Shown: positions 19,563 to 29,901 of the stretch, in pieces
Position numbering within the stretch: position 1 is the stretch's first letter
How the letters are laid out: every line of letters begins with the position of its first letter
Source of the DNA: a virus
Taxonomy: Duplodnaviria; Caudoviricetes
Length of the DNA stretch: 54,442 nt
Virus record (IMG/VR): IMGVR_UViG_3300021197_000088
Span: 1 to 54,442 of that record
Direction: 5' to 3' (one strand)
Notes under the pieces: generated by a model
What the model saw: the letters and a program-made list of their open reading frames with translations, nothing else
Databases searched by the model: none
What the model was told of the DNA's origin: nothing
Program-made: the position numbers and the translations under genes

Positions 19563-21103
19563 TAGTAGTCTCCATCATACAAATCTCTACCAGTCCATAT
19601 AGCATATTTAGTAACGCCGCCTTCTTCATACTGCACAATATCTCCTTTTGAATAAGCATTAGCAGTATAAGCATTATCTATCAACTCATCTGATGAACCA
19701 CTAAACACCTTTAATCTCTTAGATTTTTGTGCGGGTATAGCTAACTGTTTATCAATAAATGACCTTACGTCTTGTGCAAGTACATCTTCTTGCGCAGCTA
19801 TTGCATTACTCATAGTTGTGTCACTTGTACCATAAGTACTTTCTACAGCGGATATAGCCTGATTAAAGTTATCAAAATAAGATTCTGCATTACCTTGTGT
19901 TATTTGTTTAACCTTATCCTCTATACCATCATATAATCCAGCTTTACCCATAGTGCGTTTAATTTGCGCATTGAATATAGCGTTAACACTTTGAGGTGAG
20001 AACTGTGATTTTTCACCATCTGTTTGTGCGTTCCATGCTTTAGCACCAGCTACTGCTTGTTGTTTCATTTCTTCAAAATCAGAAGTTTGTTGTGGTGTTA
20101 AACCACCAGCGGCAAGTTTCTGTGTAGCATACACAGCCATGTCTTCAAAGTCTGTAAACTCTGGTGGCTGTTGTGCTTTTTGATTGGCTAATTCTTGGGC
20201 ATTTATACCTAGTTTCTTTGCTCTTTTTGCTAAGATGAACAACTCAGCATCTTGTTCTAATTTTGTTTTGCGTTCAGCATCCGCTAACTTATCACGATTA
20301 CGGTCATACGTTTTTTGTTCTTCAGCATTTAACTCATTACGGTTTGCCCGTTCCTCATCTTTTGCTATCTGTGCAGTTAATGCCTTAACCCTTGCTTGAT
20401 TTGTACCGAAAGCAGTTTCTTCCATAGCAAATCGTTTTTCTTCTCTTTTTCGTTCAGCACCTGCAAACCCAGCTTCTTGTGAAGCAGCCTGACGTGTAAA
20501 GTCTAAACCTTTAACAGTTCCAAAACCTTCAACTGCAGAAACGGGAGCAGATTCTGTGCTTGCAAATTTTGCATTAAGTTTAGCAGCTTCTTTGTCTGCT
20601 AACTTATCAGCATCACCAAATATAGGCGGTGTTATACCTGCAAAGTCAGCAGCAGATACTTTACGAGTAGTTTCTAGTGGTGTAAATATCTGTGACAGAG
20701 CTTCTGTCCTTGTCCGTTTAGCATCACCCGGCGTATATCCAGTGAAGTCTAGTTTAGCATCATACTTTTGACCCGGTTGTAAATTTGCACGAGCAGTCTC
20801 TACGTTAGTTAAGTAAGCCTGAACCTTTTCTGCCGTACCTAATCTTTTAAAAGCAGCATAAGTTAAGTCTGTATCCCCTAGTTCTTGATGCAATGCATCA
20901 AAAGCATCTTCATCTGCTTTGTCTGATAGTCTTTTTCTTTCTTCAGCGGCATCTGCTTTTTGAGAATAACGGGTCATTAAGTATTTACGGGCATCACTCA
21001 TCTCCTCGTATCTTCTGTCCATAGATGTTTTTAAAGTACGGTCAACACCCGTTGCTAGTCCTGTTATCAAACCAGTTCCAAAATTACCACTAAAAATTCC
21101 CAT
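19562..21103 (-). CDS. Putative internal virion protein
   Basis: Gly-rich amphipathic N-terminus, coiled coil; TAATG coupling. Confidence 0.65.
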   Translation of the reverse strand: MGIFSGNFGTGLITGLATGVDRTLKTSMDRRYEEMSDARKYLMTRYSQKADAAEERKRLSDKADEDAFDALHQELGDTDLTYAAFKRLGTAEKVQAYLTNVETARANLQPGQKYDAKLDFTGYTPGDAKRTRTEALSQIFTPLETTRKVSAADFAGITPPIFGDADKLADKEAAKLNAKFASTESAPVSAVEGFGTVKGLDFTRQAASQEAGFAGAERKREEKRFAMEETAFGTNQARVKALTAQIAKDEERANRNELNAEEQKTYDRNRDKLADAERKTKLEQDAELFILAKRAKKLGINAQELANQKAQQPPEFTDFEDMAVYATQKLAAGGLTPQQTSDFEEMKQQAVAGAKAWNAQTDGEKSQFSPQSVNAIFNAQIKRTMGKAGLYDGIEDKVKQITQGNAESYFDNFNQAISAVESTYGTSDTTMSNAIAAQEDVLAQDVRSFIDKQLAIPAQKSKRLKVFSGSSDELIDNAYTANAYSKGDIVQYEEGGVTKYAIWTGRDLYDGDY

Positions 21104-21588
21104 TAGTTTTTCCTCGCCATTAAACCTTTAGGCTCTTCATTTTTATCACTATCTTCTTCTGTTGTTTTAGGTTCTTCATCATCTAAAACTTTTTTATATT
21201 TCATGGTGTACTTAGCAAGTTGAGAATCACGAGGTTTATCTCTGTCAGGATTTGCCAGACCTGTCTCGTACTTAATGCCTGCACTATCTCCCAACATCAT
21301 AATTAATTCCATTAGTAATGGCACAACAAGCATACCAATGTCTACTGTATGTTTGCCTTCCATAACACTACCTAATTGTAGGCTGTTAGCTATGGTGGTA
21401 ACAGGTACACCCATTTCTAAAACCTCAATAATCTGGTCCATGAACTCTTCAGATGTCATGCTATTCATATAATACTCAACAGCTTCATCTACAGTAGAAA
21501 ACTGTGATGGTGTTTGCCAAGGTCTAGCACCTAGCTCGTGTGTTAAGGACATGCCGGGAATTGGGGCATCAAATAGTTCTTCAGCCAT
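21103..21588 (-). CDS. Conserved hypothetical virion-associated protein
   Basis: FDAPIPGMSLT...PWQ motif; start moved to the ATG after GAGG. Confidence 0.75.
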   Translation of the reverse strand: MAEELFDAPIPGMSLTHELGARPWQTPSQFSTVDEAVEYYMNSMTSEEFMDQIIEVLEMGVPVTTIANSLQLGSVMEGKHTVDIGMLVVPLLMELIMMLGDSAGIKYETGLANPDRDKPRDSQLAKYTMKYKKVLDDEEPKTTEEDSDKNEEPKGLMARKN

Positions 21589-21796
21589 TCTTAACCTCTT
21601 CCCTAAAGTCACGTATGACCTTCATTTGTTTTGCTACACGAACCACTGGATTTGATAAATCTAATCCATTGTTCATTTTATTCATAGATGATTTAGATAG
21701 TAAACCACCTTTAGGTTTTTCTGGTTTATCACTAGGCATATTTTCAATATCCATATTATAGTATGCTCTAGCAACATCAGTAAGCGCACGAGACAT
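21581..21796 (-). CDS. Hypothetical protein
   Basis: GAGG SD; overlaps both neighbours. Confidence 0.65.
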   Translation of the reverse strand: MSRALTDVARAYYNMDIENMPSDKPEKPKGGLLSKSSMNKMNNGLDLSNPVVRVAKQMKVIRDFREEVKNG

Positions 21797-24329
21797 TGTG
21801 TTTCCTCTTCTTCTTTTCTACTACTATATCCATTAGCTGCTTAGTAGCCCATTTAAGTGCTGGTACTTTAGCTATTACTTTTGCATATGTTTCACCATGT
21901 TTCATATATACATTTTTAAACCACTTAGGTGCATCATACTGTAACCATGTGCGGAAAATAAACCACTGTACATTTTTAGAGCCATACACTTCACGAGCTA
22001 CCCAGCATGATAATATCCAAGCACTACCCAGTGTACCAATTAGGCTACCAACTGCATTACCTGCAGCAGTGGATGCTCCCTCTTTAGCAACCGCACTTCT
22101 AGTATTTGCATCTAACTCTGCTATAGCCAAAGCATTATTACGGTCAATCTGGTTCTCTGCAGATGTCCATGCCCACTCCATAGTATCAGCATAGTAACTC
22201 CATAGATTACTGTATGCCTGCTTACCTATATCTAAGATAGCATTAGCGTTAAGTTCATTAGCTCTGTTAATAGATGCTGTATCTGCTGTTGCAAGTTGTC
22301 TGCGCCATTGAGCATTAGACTGCGCAATAACAAGCTGGTTCTGCGCATTGAACTGGTCACGTTGATTGTTTAACTCTGCATTAAATCTTGCTATGGTATT
22401 GGTCTGTCCAGCATTAAATTGTGACTGTGCATTTTGTTGTGTAGCATTAAATTGTGCTACCTGTGTTGAAAGGTTTTCAAAGAACTGGTCAATTTGATTT
22501 TGACTTGAAGCATTAAACTGCCTTGCGGCATTTTGTGCAGCGGTATCTGTCAATAATGATTGCGCACGTTGTTGTGCTTTAAACAAATCTGTTTGCTGGC
22601 GATTAGATAAATTAGCCATGTCAATCTGTAAAAAGTTTTGTGCATTATTAACAGCAGCCTGTTGACGATTACTTAAATTAGCAACATCTAATTGTGCTAG
22701 TGCGGATGCGTTAGCCATCACAAGAGCCTGAGAGTTAGACAGGTTATTCAAGTTCATTGTATTTGTGGCACGTGAATTTTCAAGCTGTACTTGTTGTTCT
22801 GCAGTAAAGTTTTGATTAGCAATATCACTAATCTTACTAGCGTTCATTACTTTTTGTTGGAAAGTTTGGTCAAACTCCTGACCCATAAATCTAGCACGTT
22901 GTTCTGCAGCAAGCATTGCAGACTGCTGACGATTAGATAAGTTCTGTGATTCAAACTTAGCTATTGTCTGTGCATCTGCCATTGCAATAGGCAATGCACT
23001 TTCCATAGCAGCTTGTACAACAGCTTGTCCAGCTAATGATGAAGCACCCAAACCTCTTGCAGCCATCTGTGCGTTGGCTGTGCGAATAGCACCAGAAGCC
23101 CAAGCAGGTGGGTTAGCTCCTTGGAACTGTGTCATTAACTGACCTAGTTGATTTTGTACTAAGGCTTGTTGACTAGGATTAGCCGTTGCAGCAGCCGCTT
23201 GTGTTTGTGCAGTAACTGCAGCAGCAGCCACAGCATCCACGCCTGTTCCTGTTATAAGTTCGCCTGCCTGTATCTGTCTTTGTACGGGATTGTTTATAAG
23301 TGTAGCATTACCTTGTGCAGCCTGTAAATTACCTACAGAGGATGCTGTTTGTTGTGCAGCAGCTACTTGTGTTCGTGGGTCTGTAGGATTAGCCTGTGCC
23401 GCTTGTGTGGCTGCTAATGCTGTGTTTATTGCAGGTGCAGATTGTGCAGCAGTCATTGTATTTGCCTGCATAGTGGTAGGCATTTGTGCCTGACCAGTCG
23501 TTGCCATAGCTGTAGGTGTAGCTACCTGACCTGTTAAAGAACCCACTCCACCCGACACATCTTGTGAAGGGTCTGTTTGTATCTGCTGCGCTACAGTTTC
23601 ACCACCGACAGGAACACCGGGGCTATACATCTGTTGTACACTAAACGGTTGTATGGCAGGTTGTCCGGGCTGTGCTGCTGGCATAGTTGCAATAGGAGTA
23701 CCCTGTTGCCCTGTCGCACCTGTTGTTGCTACAGAAGGTGCTTGTGGTGTCGTACCCACTGAACCACTTACAGGTACGCCAGCTACTGTACCGCTACCTG
23801 CAACACCTGTAGGTGAACCAGTTACTGTGCCGCTTACGGGTACACCAGCTACTGTTCCTGTGCCGCTGACTGTGCCACCTTGAATACCAGCTAACTGTGA
23901 CTGTAGCCCAGCAATCTGACTTGTAAGCTGTGTTGCCGCATTACCTACAGCACCTTGAGCTTGTGCTTGAAGGCTGGCTATCTGATTTTGCAAACCCTGA
24001 ATCTGTGCGTTCTGCATAGTAGGTGTAACAGGATTAGTAGTTGGGTTTGGTGTATTGTTAAGAAAACTAGTTTGTTGCCCTGCTGCTCGTGCAGCCGCTG
24101 CAGCCTGTTGTGATGCTATCGACTGTTGTTGTGGTGAGCCACCATTAGCAAACTTTTGTACCATCCCCCCTTGTGCCATTCTTCTAGCAGCGTTAGTATA
24201 CATATTCATCTGCTGTTGTCTGGCTGGGTCTTGCTCTATGTACTTTTGGAAGTCATCCATGTTGCCTGAATAACCCATTGCCTGTGCAATCTTATTCATG
24301 CCTTCAGGTTTAAACGCTTTAAACTGCAT
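21777..24329 (-). CDS. Gln/Asn/Ala-rich putative internal virion (pilot/DNA delivery) protein with C-terminal CWVAREVYG domain
   Basis: NLSNRQQ and QFNA repeats; low-complexity middle; distinct C-terminal module. Confidence 0.7.
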   Translation of the reverse strand: MQFKAFKPEGMNKIAQAMGYSGNMDDFQKYIEQDPARQQQMNMYTNAARRMAQGGMVQKFANGGSPQQQSIASQQAAAAARAAGQQTSFLNNTPNPTTNPVTPTMQNAQIQGLQNQIASLQAQAQGAVGNAATQLTSQIAGLQSQLAGIQGGTVSGTGTVAGVPVSGTVTGSPTGVAGSGTVAGVPVSGSVGTTPQAPSVATTGATGQQGTPIATMPAAQPGQPAIQPFSVQQMYSPGVPVGGETVAQQIQTDPSQDVSGGVGSLTGQVATPTAMATTGQAQMPTTMQANTMTAAQSAPAINTALAATQAAQANPTDPRTQVAAAQQTASSVGNLQAAQGNATLINNPVQRQIQAGELITGTGVDAVAAAAVTAQTQAAAATANPSQQALVQNQLGQLMTQFQGANPPAWASGAIRTANAQMAARGLGASSLAGQAVVQAAMESALPIAMADAQTIAKFESQNLSNRQQSAMLAAEQRARFMGQEFDQTFQQKVMNASKISDIANQNFTAEQQVQLENSRATNTMNLNNLSNSQALVMANASALAQLDVANLSNRQQAAVNNAQNFLQIDMANLSNRQQTDLFKAQQRAQSLLTDTAAQNAARQFNASSQNQIDQFFENLSTQVAQFNATQQNAQSQFNAGQTNTIARFNAELNNQRDQFNAQNQLVIAQSNAQWRRQLATADTASINRANELNANAILDIGKQAYSNLWSYYADTMEWAWTSAENQIDRNNALAIAELDANTRSAVAKEGASTAAGNAVGSLIGTLGSAWILSCWVAREVYGSKNVQWFIFRTWLQYDAPKWFKNVYMKHGETYAKVIAKVPALKWATKQLMDIVVEKKKRKHNVSCAY

Positions 24330-24556
24330 CATTTGCTTAACGCCCTATCTAATTTATCTTCGACACGATGTAGTGCTTCCATTACACGTGTCATATCTTC
24401 TCGTAAATCGTTTTTGGTAGCATAGTCTTCTCGTGTTCTATTTAATAGTATATCAATTCTTTTTATTTCTGCCATCTGGTTACGAAACATCCACAAAGCT
24501 GGTGCAATAACCAGTGTTAGTATAACATTCCAGAACATCATGCTTGAAAATTCCAT
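24329..24556 (-). CDS. Small protein with N-terminal TM helix and coiled coil
   Basis: Hydrophobic residues 6-24; LLNRTREDYATK...RVEDKLD. Confidence 0.8.
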   Translation of the reverse strand: MEFSSMMFWNVILTLVIAPALWMFRNQMAEIKRIDILLNRTREDYATKNDLREDMTRVMEALHRVEDKLDRALSK

Positions 24557-24735
24557 TAGTCTGCATCCGCTATAGTTATAGTGCCAGCAGCTACCTGCCG
24601 CATAATCTCATCATAATGGGTATTGCCTACAGCACCTGTCGGCACAGACATTTCCGTTTGTCCATCACATGTGAACTTTATAGATATGTTATTTCCACCC
24701 TCATCCTTAACATATTTTAAATTAGTAAAAGTCAT
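24556..24735 (-). CDS. Small tail-fibre-associated protein, 59 aa (MTFTNLKY...GNTHYDEIMRQVAAGTITIADAD)
   Basis: Read manually; GGAG SD; follows a fibre gene. Confidence 0.7.
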   Translation of the reverse strand: MTFTNLKYVKDEGGNNISIKFTCDGQTEMSVPTGAVGNTHYDEIMRQVAAGTITIADAD

Positions 24736-24737
24736 TT

Positions 24738-25796
24738 TTATAACTCCGATGCGAAATCAAACGAAACATCAATGGCACCACTACCACCATTTGATTGAAC
24801 AACCGCAGCACCACCTGCACTAAAAGCACTGCCACTAGAAGAAGCAGCCGCAATACCTACCTGCGTTACATTTACATCTGAAGCCGCTATCGAAATAGAA
24901 TTTAAATCATAAGCAAAATTAGTAGCGTTTACAGTTTTATCTATTGTTAGTGTAGGCTGTACTCGCATTGGTTGCGGAAAATATATAATACCTGTACCAT
25001 CATCAGTGCTATAAGTTCTTATTGTAACAAATTCTCCATAAGCGTTTGTTTTTCGCAATTTGTAAAAATATCTCAAACATTCCTTCAAATCATCGGAGTA
25101 TTTCTTATGTTCATAATCAGTGGCGGTATCGCCAGCTTCCAACTGCACATCTGTTACATATAAGAAATGTCCAGCAGTAGTGTCTGTTACATCAGACCAG
25201 ATAAATACAATAATGTTTTTTGCACCTGACGTATCCACATTTGCAGTCACACTATATTTTGCATAAGAGGACGTAACGCTTAAATTTGCTGGTGTGTTTT
25301 CATATGTAAAATTACTAGCCAATGTTGGGTTAGTGCCTTCAGAACCCCAAGCAGAAATCATATCGGCAGTTGGTGCATCGGCAGTGCTTGACCAGCTAAT
25401 AATAGCTGCCTTTACATTATCAAGTTTACTTGTCTCAGATACCTTGGCTTGGAATGAAAGTGTAACCTTACCGCCAATTAGCCCGACACAGTTTTTGTGT
25501 TCTACAATCTGGGCAATACCAAACTTCTTATTTGCTGTTTCAACATCAAGTGATGCAGCAAACAACCTATTCGTTGGAACAGTCGTGGCTTCCTGACTTA
25601 CATCTATAACATCGTTGCCATCACTAAATATTTTCCAACGGTCTAGTGTATATGCAGCATCGTTATTATCACCCGAAGCAAACGTAGTGCCTCTTTGAGC
25701 TACTGCAAACTGACCGTTCTGAAGTTTGTTCTTGCCAGTAATACCACCAGATGATGCGCTGCCACCAAAGTCAGCTATATCCCTTGCTCTACTCAT
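24738..25796 (-). CDS. Tail fibre / receptor-binding protein with carbohydrate-binding-like domain
   Basis: MSRARD N-terminus; KNKLQNGQFAVAQRG, LDRW, VQLEAG...CLRYF motifs. Confidence 0.7.
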   Translation of the reverse strand: MSRARDIADFGGSASSGGITGKNKLQNGQFAVAQRGTTFASGDNNDAAYTLDRWKIFSDGNDVIDVSQEATTVPTNRLFAASLDVETANKKFGIAQIVEHKNCVGLIGGKVTLSFQAKVSETSKLDNVKAAIISWSSTADAPTADMISAWGSEGTNPTLASNFTYENTPANLSVTSSYAKYSVTANVDTSGAKNIIVFIWSDVTDTTAGHFLYVTDVQLEAGDTATDYEHKKYSDDLKECLRYFYKLRKTNAYGEFVTIRTYSTDDGTGIIYFPQPMRVQPTLTIDKTVNATNFAYDLNSISIAASDVNVTQVGIAAASSSGSAFSAGGAAVVQSNGGSGAIDVSFDFASEL

Positions 25797-26369
25797 TTAA
25801 ATCTCCTCAGGCCAATCATTAATTTTAGCAATGGTTTTTACTGTGCCATCTGAATTACGCGCATCCTCAAACAAAGCCATAAATGCTGTAAGGTTAGCTG
25901 CACCATTCAACGCTGTCTCTATCTCTGCACATTTAGTACGAACTGCATCTCTGTATGTAGTGACTGAACTAGGTATAGCTGTAGACTTTTCAGCGTTGCG
26001 AGTAACATACCAGTCATGCACTGCAAGCTTACTTGCCGCTGTTCGTTTTGTTTGTGCTACCCACACATATTTAAGACCTCGTGTTACACCCTGTGTGCCT
26101 GTCGTTGGGTCTGTAACAGCATCGCCATCTGCATCTACCCACAGTGTATCCGTTAGGCTTTTAGGTATGAGTGTGCCATCAGCCTGTCTGCCAAGATAAA
26201 ACCTGTTATCAAATGCAGCCTCTGATGCTGGTGGGTCTTCCCAAGTGATGCCAATAGCAGACTTCTCGCTATCGCTATAACGCATCCAGACTTTAGGATA
26301 CTGCGTACCATCTGTACCAGTAAACTCTCGTCCTTCTTTCAGGGTTGCCCCATTATATTTCCACGGCAT
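25797..26369 (-). CDS. Putative tail fibre assembly chaperone
   Basis: QYPKVW, DWYVTR...YRDAVR, C-terminal WP; follows the LamG fibre. Confidence 0.65.
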   Translation of the reverse strand: MPWKYNGATLKEGREFTGTDGTQYPKVWMRYSDSEKSAIGITWEDPPASEAAFDNRFYLGRQADGTLIPKSLTDTLWVDADGDAVTDPTTGTQGVTRGLKYVWVAQTKRTAASKLAVHDWYVTRNAEKSTAIPSSVTTYRDAVRTKCAEIETALNGAANLTAFMALFEDARNSDGTVKTIAKINDWPEEI

Positions 26370-26380
26370 TTTATATTCTC

Positions 26381-28906
26381 CTAAAAGGCATTAGCAAATT
26401 TAAATGGGCTATGAGCAAAGGCCATATAAACAAATGTTCCACCACTAGCGTTCACATATGCTTCTGACCCTCTAATTTTGAATCCATTGCTCAAGAAATC
26501 ACGACCATATGCAGCGTCAGAGCTTTCTGCATATGTACCACTTGGAAACAAAAGACCATCCATTAAATTAAACGGGTTTCTTTTGTCATCCATAATATGC
26601 CAGTCAGCCGCTGCGTCTACTCTCTTGGACATAACAAAAGTTGGTCTGAATCCTGTGTAGACAAATGGCCCGTCATCGGCTCCATTTCCAGTGAAGGAAC
26701 CTATAGAACTAAATCCTTCAATTTCTGCAAATACCCATGCCACATAATCTTCACCAGACTTATTAACGCTATCAACAGATGAGCCAGTATAACCAATTCT
26801 AGGCACTAAAGTTGTAGTGTTACTGCTATCAAAATCTGACCAGCCGCCACCTGCATAGTTTGTTGCTATATTAGCTTGTGCGTCTGTAAAATAAACCAAG
26901 TTATTATTGCTGGTCAAACCTTCCCACTTAATAAACCAATAAGACCCACCACCACTACCTGTGTCACGACTTTTGCTCATAACAAAAGCAGGTGTTTTAC
27001 CTAATCCATGCCCAATAGTATGAGAGGTATTGCCAGTTCCCGTATATGTTAGTACACTAAATCCGGCATCAGCATTAGCCGATACGCTAGAATCAATACC
27101 ACTTCCGTCTGTATTTGTTGAGGCACTGCCGCCGCCTTTCCAGTTCCAAGAGACATATCCTTCAGCGTTTGTATTATATATATCATCGTCACCAAGACTA
27201 AAGCCATCATCACCAAAAGCAGTCAAACCATCTGCGTTAGTACTCTCAGCACTGTTTGTATTAAACGTTAGTTCTTTTGTAACTCCACGAACACTATCTG
27301 TTAATGCATGAGCATCAGTAGTAGCGCGGTTTTTTATCCACGTCCAATCTGATTGAAATCCAACCCCTGTAATGCTTTGAGTGCTGCTATTTCCTGTATA
27401 CAGCACAGTATTAAAATGGTCATCAGCTTGGGTGTCTTGTCCGGGGCCAATTGTTATGTCTTGTAGGTTGGATGTGCAAAGGGCTACAAAACCAGATGGC
27501 GGTGCATAATAAAAATCTCCAATACCATTACCATCGGCAGAGGCAGCAGAGCCGCTTGTTTTATTACCAGCAAAAGTATCATCTTGTCCAAAGTTTGCAA
27601 CTACACCAGCACCGGAACCATAATTAGTTGTTGCAAAGGTGTACAAAGTAGATGCAATTAAATTTTGAGTGCCATTACTCATTGTAGAATTGTTTTTCCT
27701 AAACGTCACCTCACCATCATCTAAATTTAATGCAACACTAATAATATCCCCAGCAGCAAAAGTTGCGTCTGTGTCAGCGGTTTTACTACCTCCCGTATAA
27801 ATATCATTAATGTCGTAATAAGCAACGTCAGGAGATTCATTACCAAGATACTCTTCAGGGTCTACATCTGTATCTGTCACCCCAACGCCAACTCTTGTGC
27901 CACTAGCATTGCAAGTGTGAACATAAAATTCCGCATACCATTTGCCGGAAATACCAGCAGGGAACATTGTTGCAACTTGAATTTCGTAATCGTTACCAGC
28001 AGAGGCATTTTTTAAATTACCTTCGGAGTAAACATTAGCGTTATACAACAAAGGATTAAAAGTAGCAAAAACATTCGTGGGAGAGTCTAAAACGACATCG
28101 GTTGCGGCTAGGTTGTTTGCAGTCCAGTCATTATTATTTCCTGAGACATCATTACCTATTGCACTGGAATCCGCAAAATCAAGATGGTAGCCATTGGTTC
28201 CAAATGAACCAGAGTACGCTTTAGGAACCCAAACCGAATCTTTAGTTTCTCCGAAAGCATCAGCAGTTTGAGTAACGCCATCCAACATAATAACTTCAGC
28301 AATATAAAAACTGGAACTTGGCATAGTACCAGACGCATCATCTCCTATTTCATTTAAACGACCATTTTGATTCATGCTGGTCATTACTGAGTTCAGCGCC
28401 GGAAAAAGTCCAAAACCAACAGAGGCGTCATAGTTTGTAGTATTTGTTACTATGTGTTCACCGTTCACATAAATTTTTATTCGGTCATTTTCTGTGCTTT
28501 GAGTTGTGTCATATTGCCAGACGAAATGGTACCAAGAAGAATAATCTCTAAATTTTCGGTAAGTTTTGCCATTGTTTCCACCATTTTGTGTATAATATAA
28601 CAGAGCATCACCACGCTCAAACCCTAGCAGCGTGTATCCCTGCCCTGTGCCAGAACCAGCATTAACAGAACTTATTATACTAAAATCAGTGCTGCTAGAA
28701 CCGTCACCTTCAGTTACTTTTTTAATCCAAGCAGAAAAAGTAAATATCTGATTGCTGTCAGCCCCAGCCCCCCAAGTTTTACTAAGATAACCAGCACCAT
28801 CTATACGCAAAGACTGATTAATGGTGTGGCTATAAAACGAACCTAACGCACCACCCGGCGCACCTGCTCCTCCTAGTCCTGCGTGATTGCCTTTAATTAT
28901 GCTCAT
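26381..28906 (-). CDS. Tail fibre / receptor-binding protein with LamG (ConA-like) and SPRY-like domains
   Basis: TFSAWIK, FRDYSSWYH, IKIYVNG, GKWYAE, NFGQD, repeated YTG(N/T)G and GFxP/S motifs. Confidence 0.8.
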   Translation of the reverse strand: MSIIKGNHAGLGGAGAPGGALGSFYSHTINQSLRIDGAGYLSKTWGAGADSNQIFTFSAWIKKVTEGDGSSSTDFSIISSVNAGSGTGQGYTLLGFERGDALLYYTQNGGNNGKTYRKFRDYSSWYHFVWQYDTTQSTENDRIKIYVNGEHIVTNTTNYDASVGFGLFPALNSVMTSMNQNGRLNEIGDDASGTMPSSSFYIAEVIMLDGVTQTADAFGETKDSVWVPKAYSGSFGTNGYHLDFADSSAIGNDVSGNNNDWTANNLAATDVVLDSPTNVFATFNPLLYNANVYSEGNLKNASAGNDYEIQVATMFPAGISGKWYAEFYVHTCNASGTRVGVGVTDTDVDPEEYLGNESPDVAYYDINDIYTGGSKTADTDATFAAGDIISVALNLDDGEVTFRKNNSTMSNGTQNLIASTLYTFATTNYGSGAGVVANFGQDDTFAGNKTSGSAASADGNGIGDFYYAPPSGFVALCTSNLQDITIGPGQDTQADDHFNTVLYTGNSSTQSITGVGFQSDWTWIKNRATTDAHALTDSVRGVTKELTFNTNSAESTNADGLTAFGDDGFSLGDDDIYNTNAEGYVSWNWKGGGSASTNTDGSGIDSSVSANADAGFSVLTYTGTGNTSHTIGHGLGKTPAFVMSKSRDTGSGGGSYWFIKWEGLTSNNNLVYFTDAQANIATNYAGGGWSDFDSSNTTTLVPRIGYTGSSVDSVNKSGEDYVAWVFAEIEGFSSIGSFTGNGADDGPFVYTGFRPTFVMSKRVDAAADWHIMDDKRNPFNLMDGLLFPSGTYAESSDAAYGRDFLSNGFKIRGSEAYVNASGGTFVYMAFAHSPFKFANAF

Positions 28907-29562
28907 TAAGTTAACGCACCCGATACTGATACTGCTATGGTATTAGAAGTGCCGCTATCAACACTGCAGTAATAAGCAAGGTGATACGTTCCAGCCGTTG
29001 TTAAAGCTGTAAGTGCAGTAGCATTAATAGCTATATCAGCATGGGCTGACACCGTATGACCACCGCTGTTAATTAAAAAAATATTACCAGATTGACCTGC
29101 ATCGCCGTTAGTAAAAGTCAAAGTAAAGTTGCCTGATGGTGTACATTTAAAATCATTGCCAACAGACAAATCAAAGCTACCATCGTTGTCAGTGGTTACA
29201 TGACCAACTGCCCTGCCACTAACGCCTACATCATTACCAAATGTAACATCTCCGGTAAATGTGCCGCCAGCGATAGGCACGGCATCACCAAGACCAAAAG
29301 TTCCAAACACGGTGACTTCTAATATGTCATTAGCTGACAATGCAGGACTTAATCCTGCAATTGTATTAGATGTACTAGTATTATAATCTGTACCCGATAC
29401 AAGTAAAATACCGTTCAGATGCACAGTTACAACATTGCTAGTAGTAAATGACAATGACTTACTGTTATCATCTGAACCAGTTTTACTTGTCTCGCCCCCT
29501 GTTGCCGTATATACAAATTTTGTAATAACGGCAAAGTTGGGGTCACGACCTATATACGCCAT
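28906..29562 (-). CDS. Tail fibre adaptor-like protein
   Basis: MAYIG start, VHLNGILL...DY domain, GGTFTG linker. Confidence 0.65.
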   Translation of the reverse strand: MAYIGRDPNFAVITKFVYTATGGETSKTGSDDNSKSLSFTTSNVVTVHLNGILLVSGTDYNTSTSNTIAGLSPALSANDILEVTVFGTFGLGDAVPIAGGTFTGDVTFGNDVGVSGRAVGHVTTDNDGSFDLSVGNDFKCTPSGNFTLTFTNGDAGQSGNIFLINSGGHTVSAHADIAINATALTALTTAGTYHLAYYCSVDSGTSNTIAVSVSGALT

Positions 29563-29891
29563 TAAGTTATCTCCATGATACTTAGAGTAGAGTCAGCACT
29601 ATTTGCAGTATTGGAAGTTACGCTAATAGTATGCCCAGCTTCCATTATTACTTTATTACCTGCCATAAACTCTAAAGATGCTCCTGCAAGAATGGGTACG
29701 TCCTTTACCAAAAAGACTGTAGATGCAGCACTTAACTTAATATCTACTGTAATTTGGCTTGCCGCAATATTTGCAATGGTCAGGCCAATAATTACAGTCG
29801 TTGTAGACGTAGGTGCAGTGTATATATTCATCAGCGCATTGGCTGCTGTGCCAGACCCATCAAACGTCTTTACTTTAAAAGTATTAGCCAT
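29562..29891 (-). CDS. Small beta-rich structural protein (MANTFK... family)
   Basis: AAGGAG SD; IYTAP...LTIAN pattern. Confidence 0.7.
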   Translation of the reverse strand: MANTFKVKTFDGSGTAANALMNIYTAPTSTTTVIIGLTIANIAASQITVDIKLSAASTVFLVKDVPILAGASLEFMAGNKVIMEAGHTISVTSNTANSADSTLSIMEIT

Positions 29892-29901
29892 GACCTGCTC
29901 C

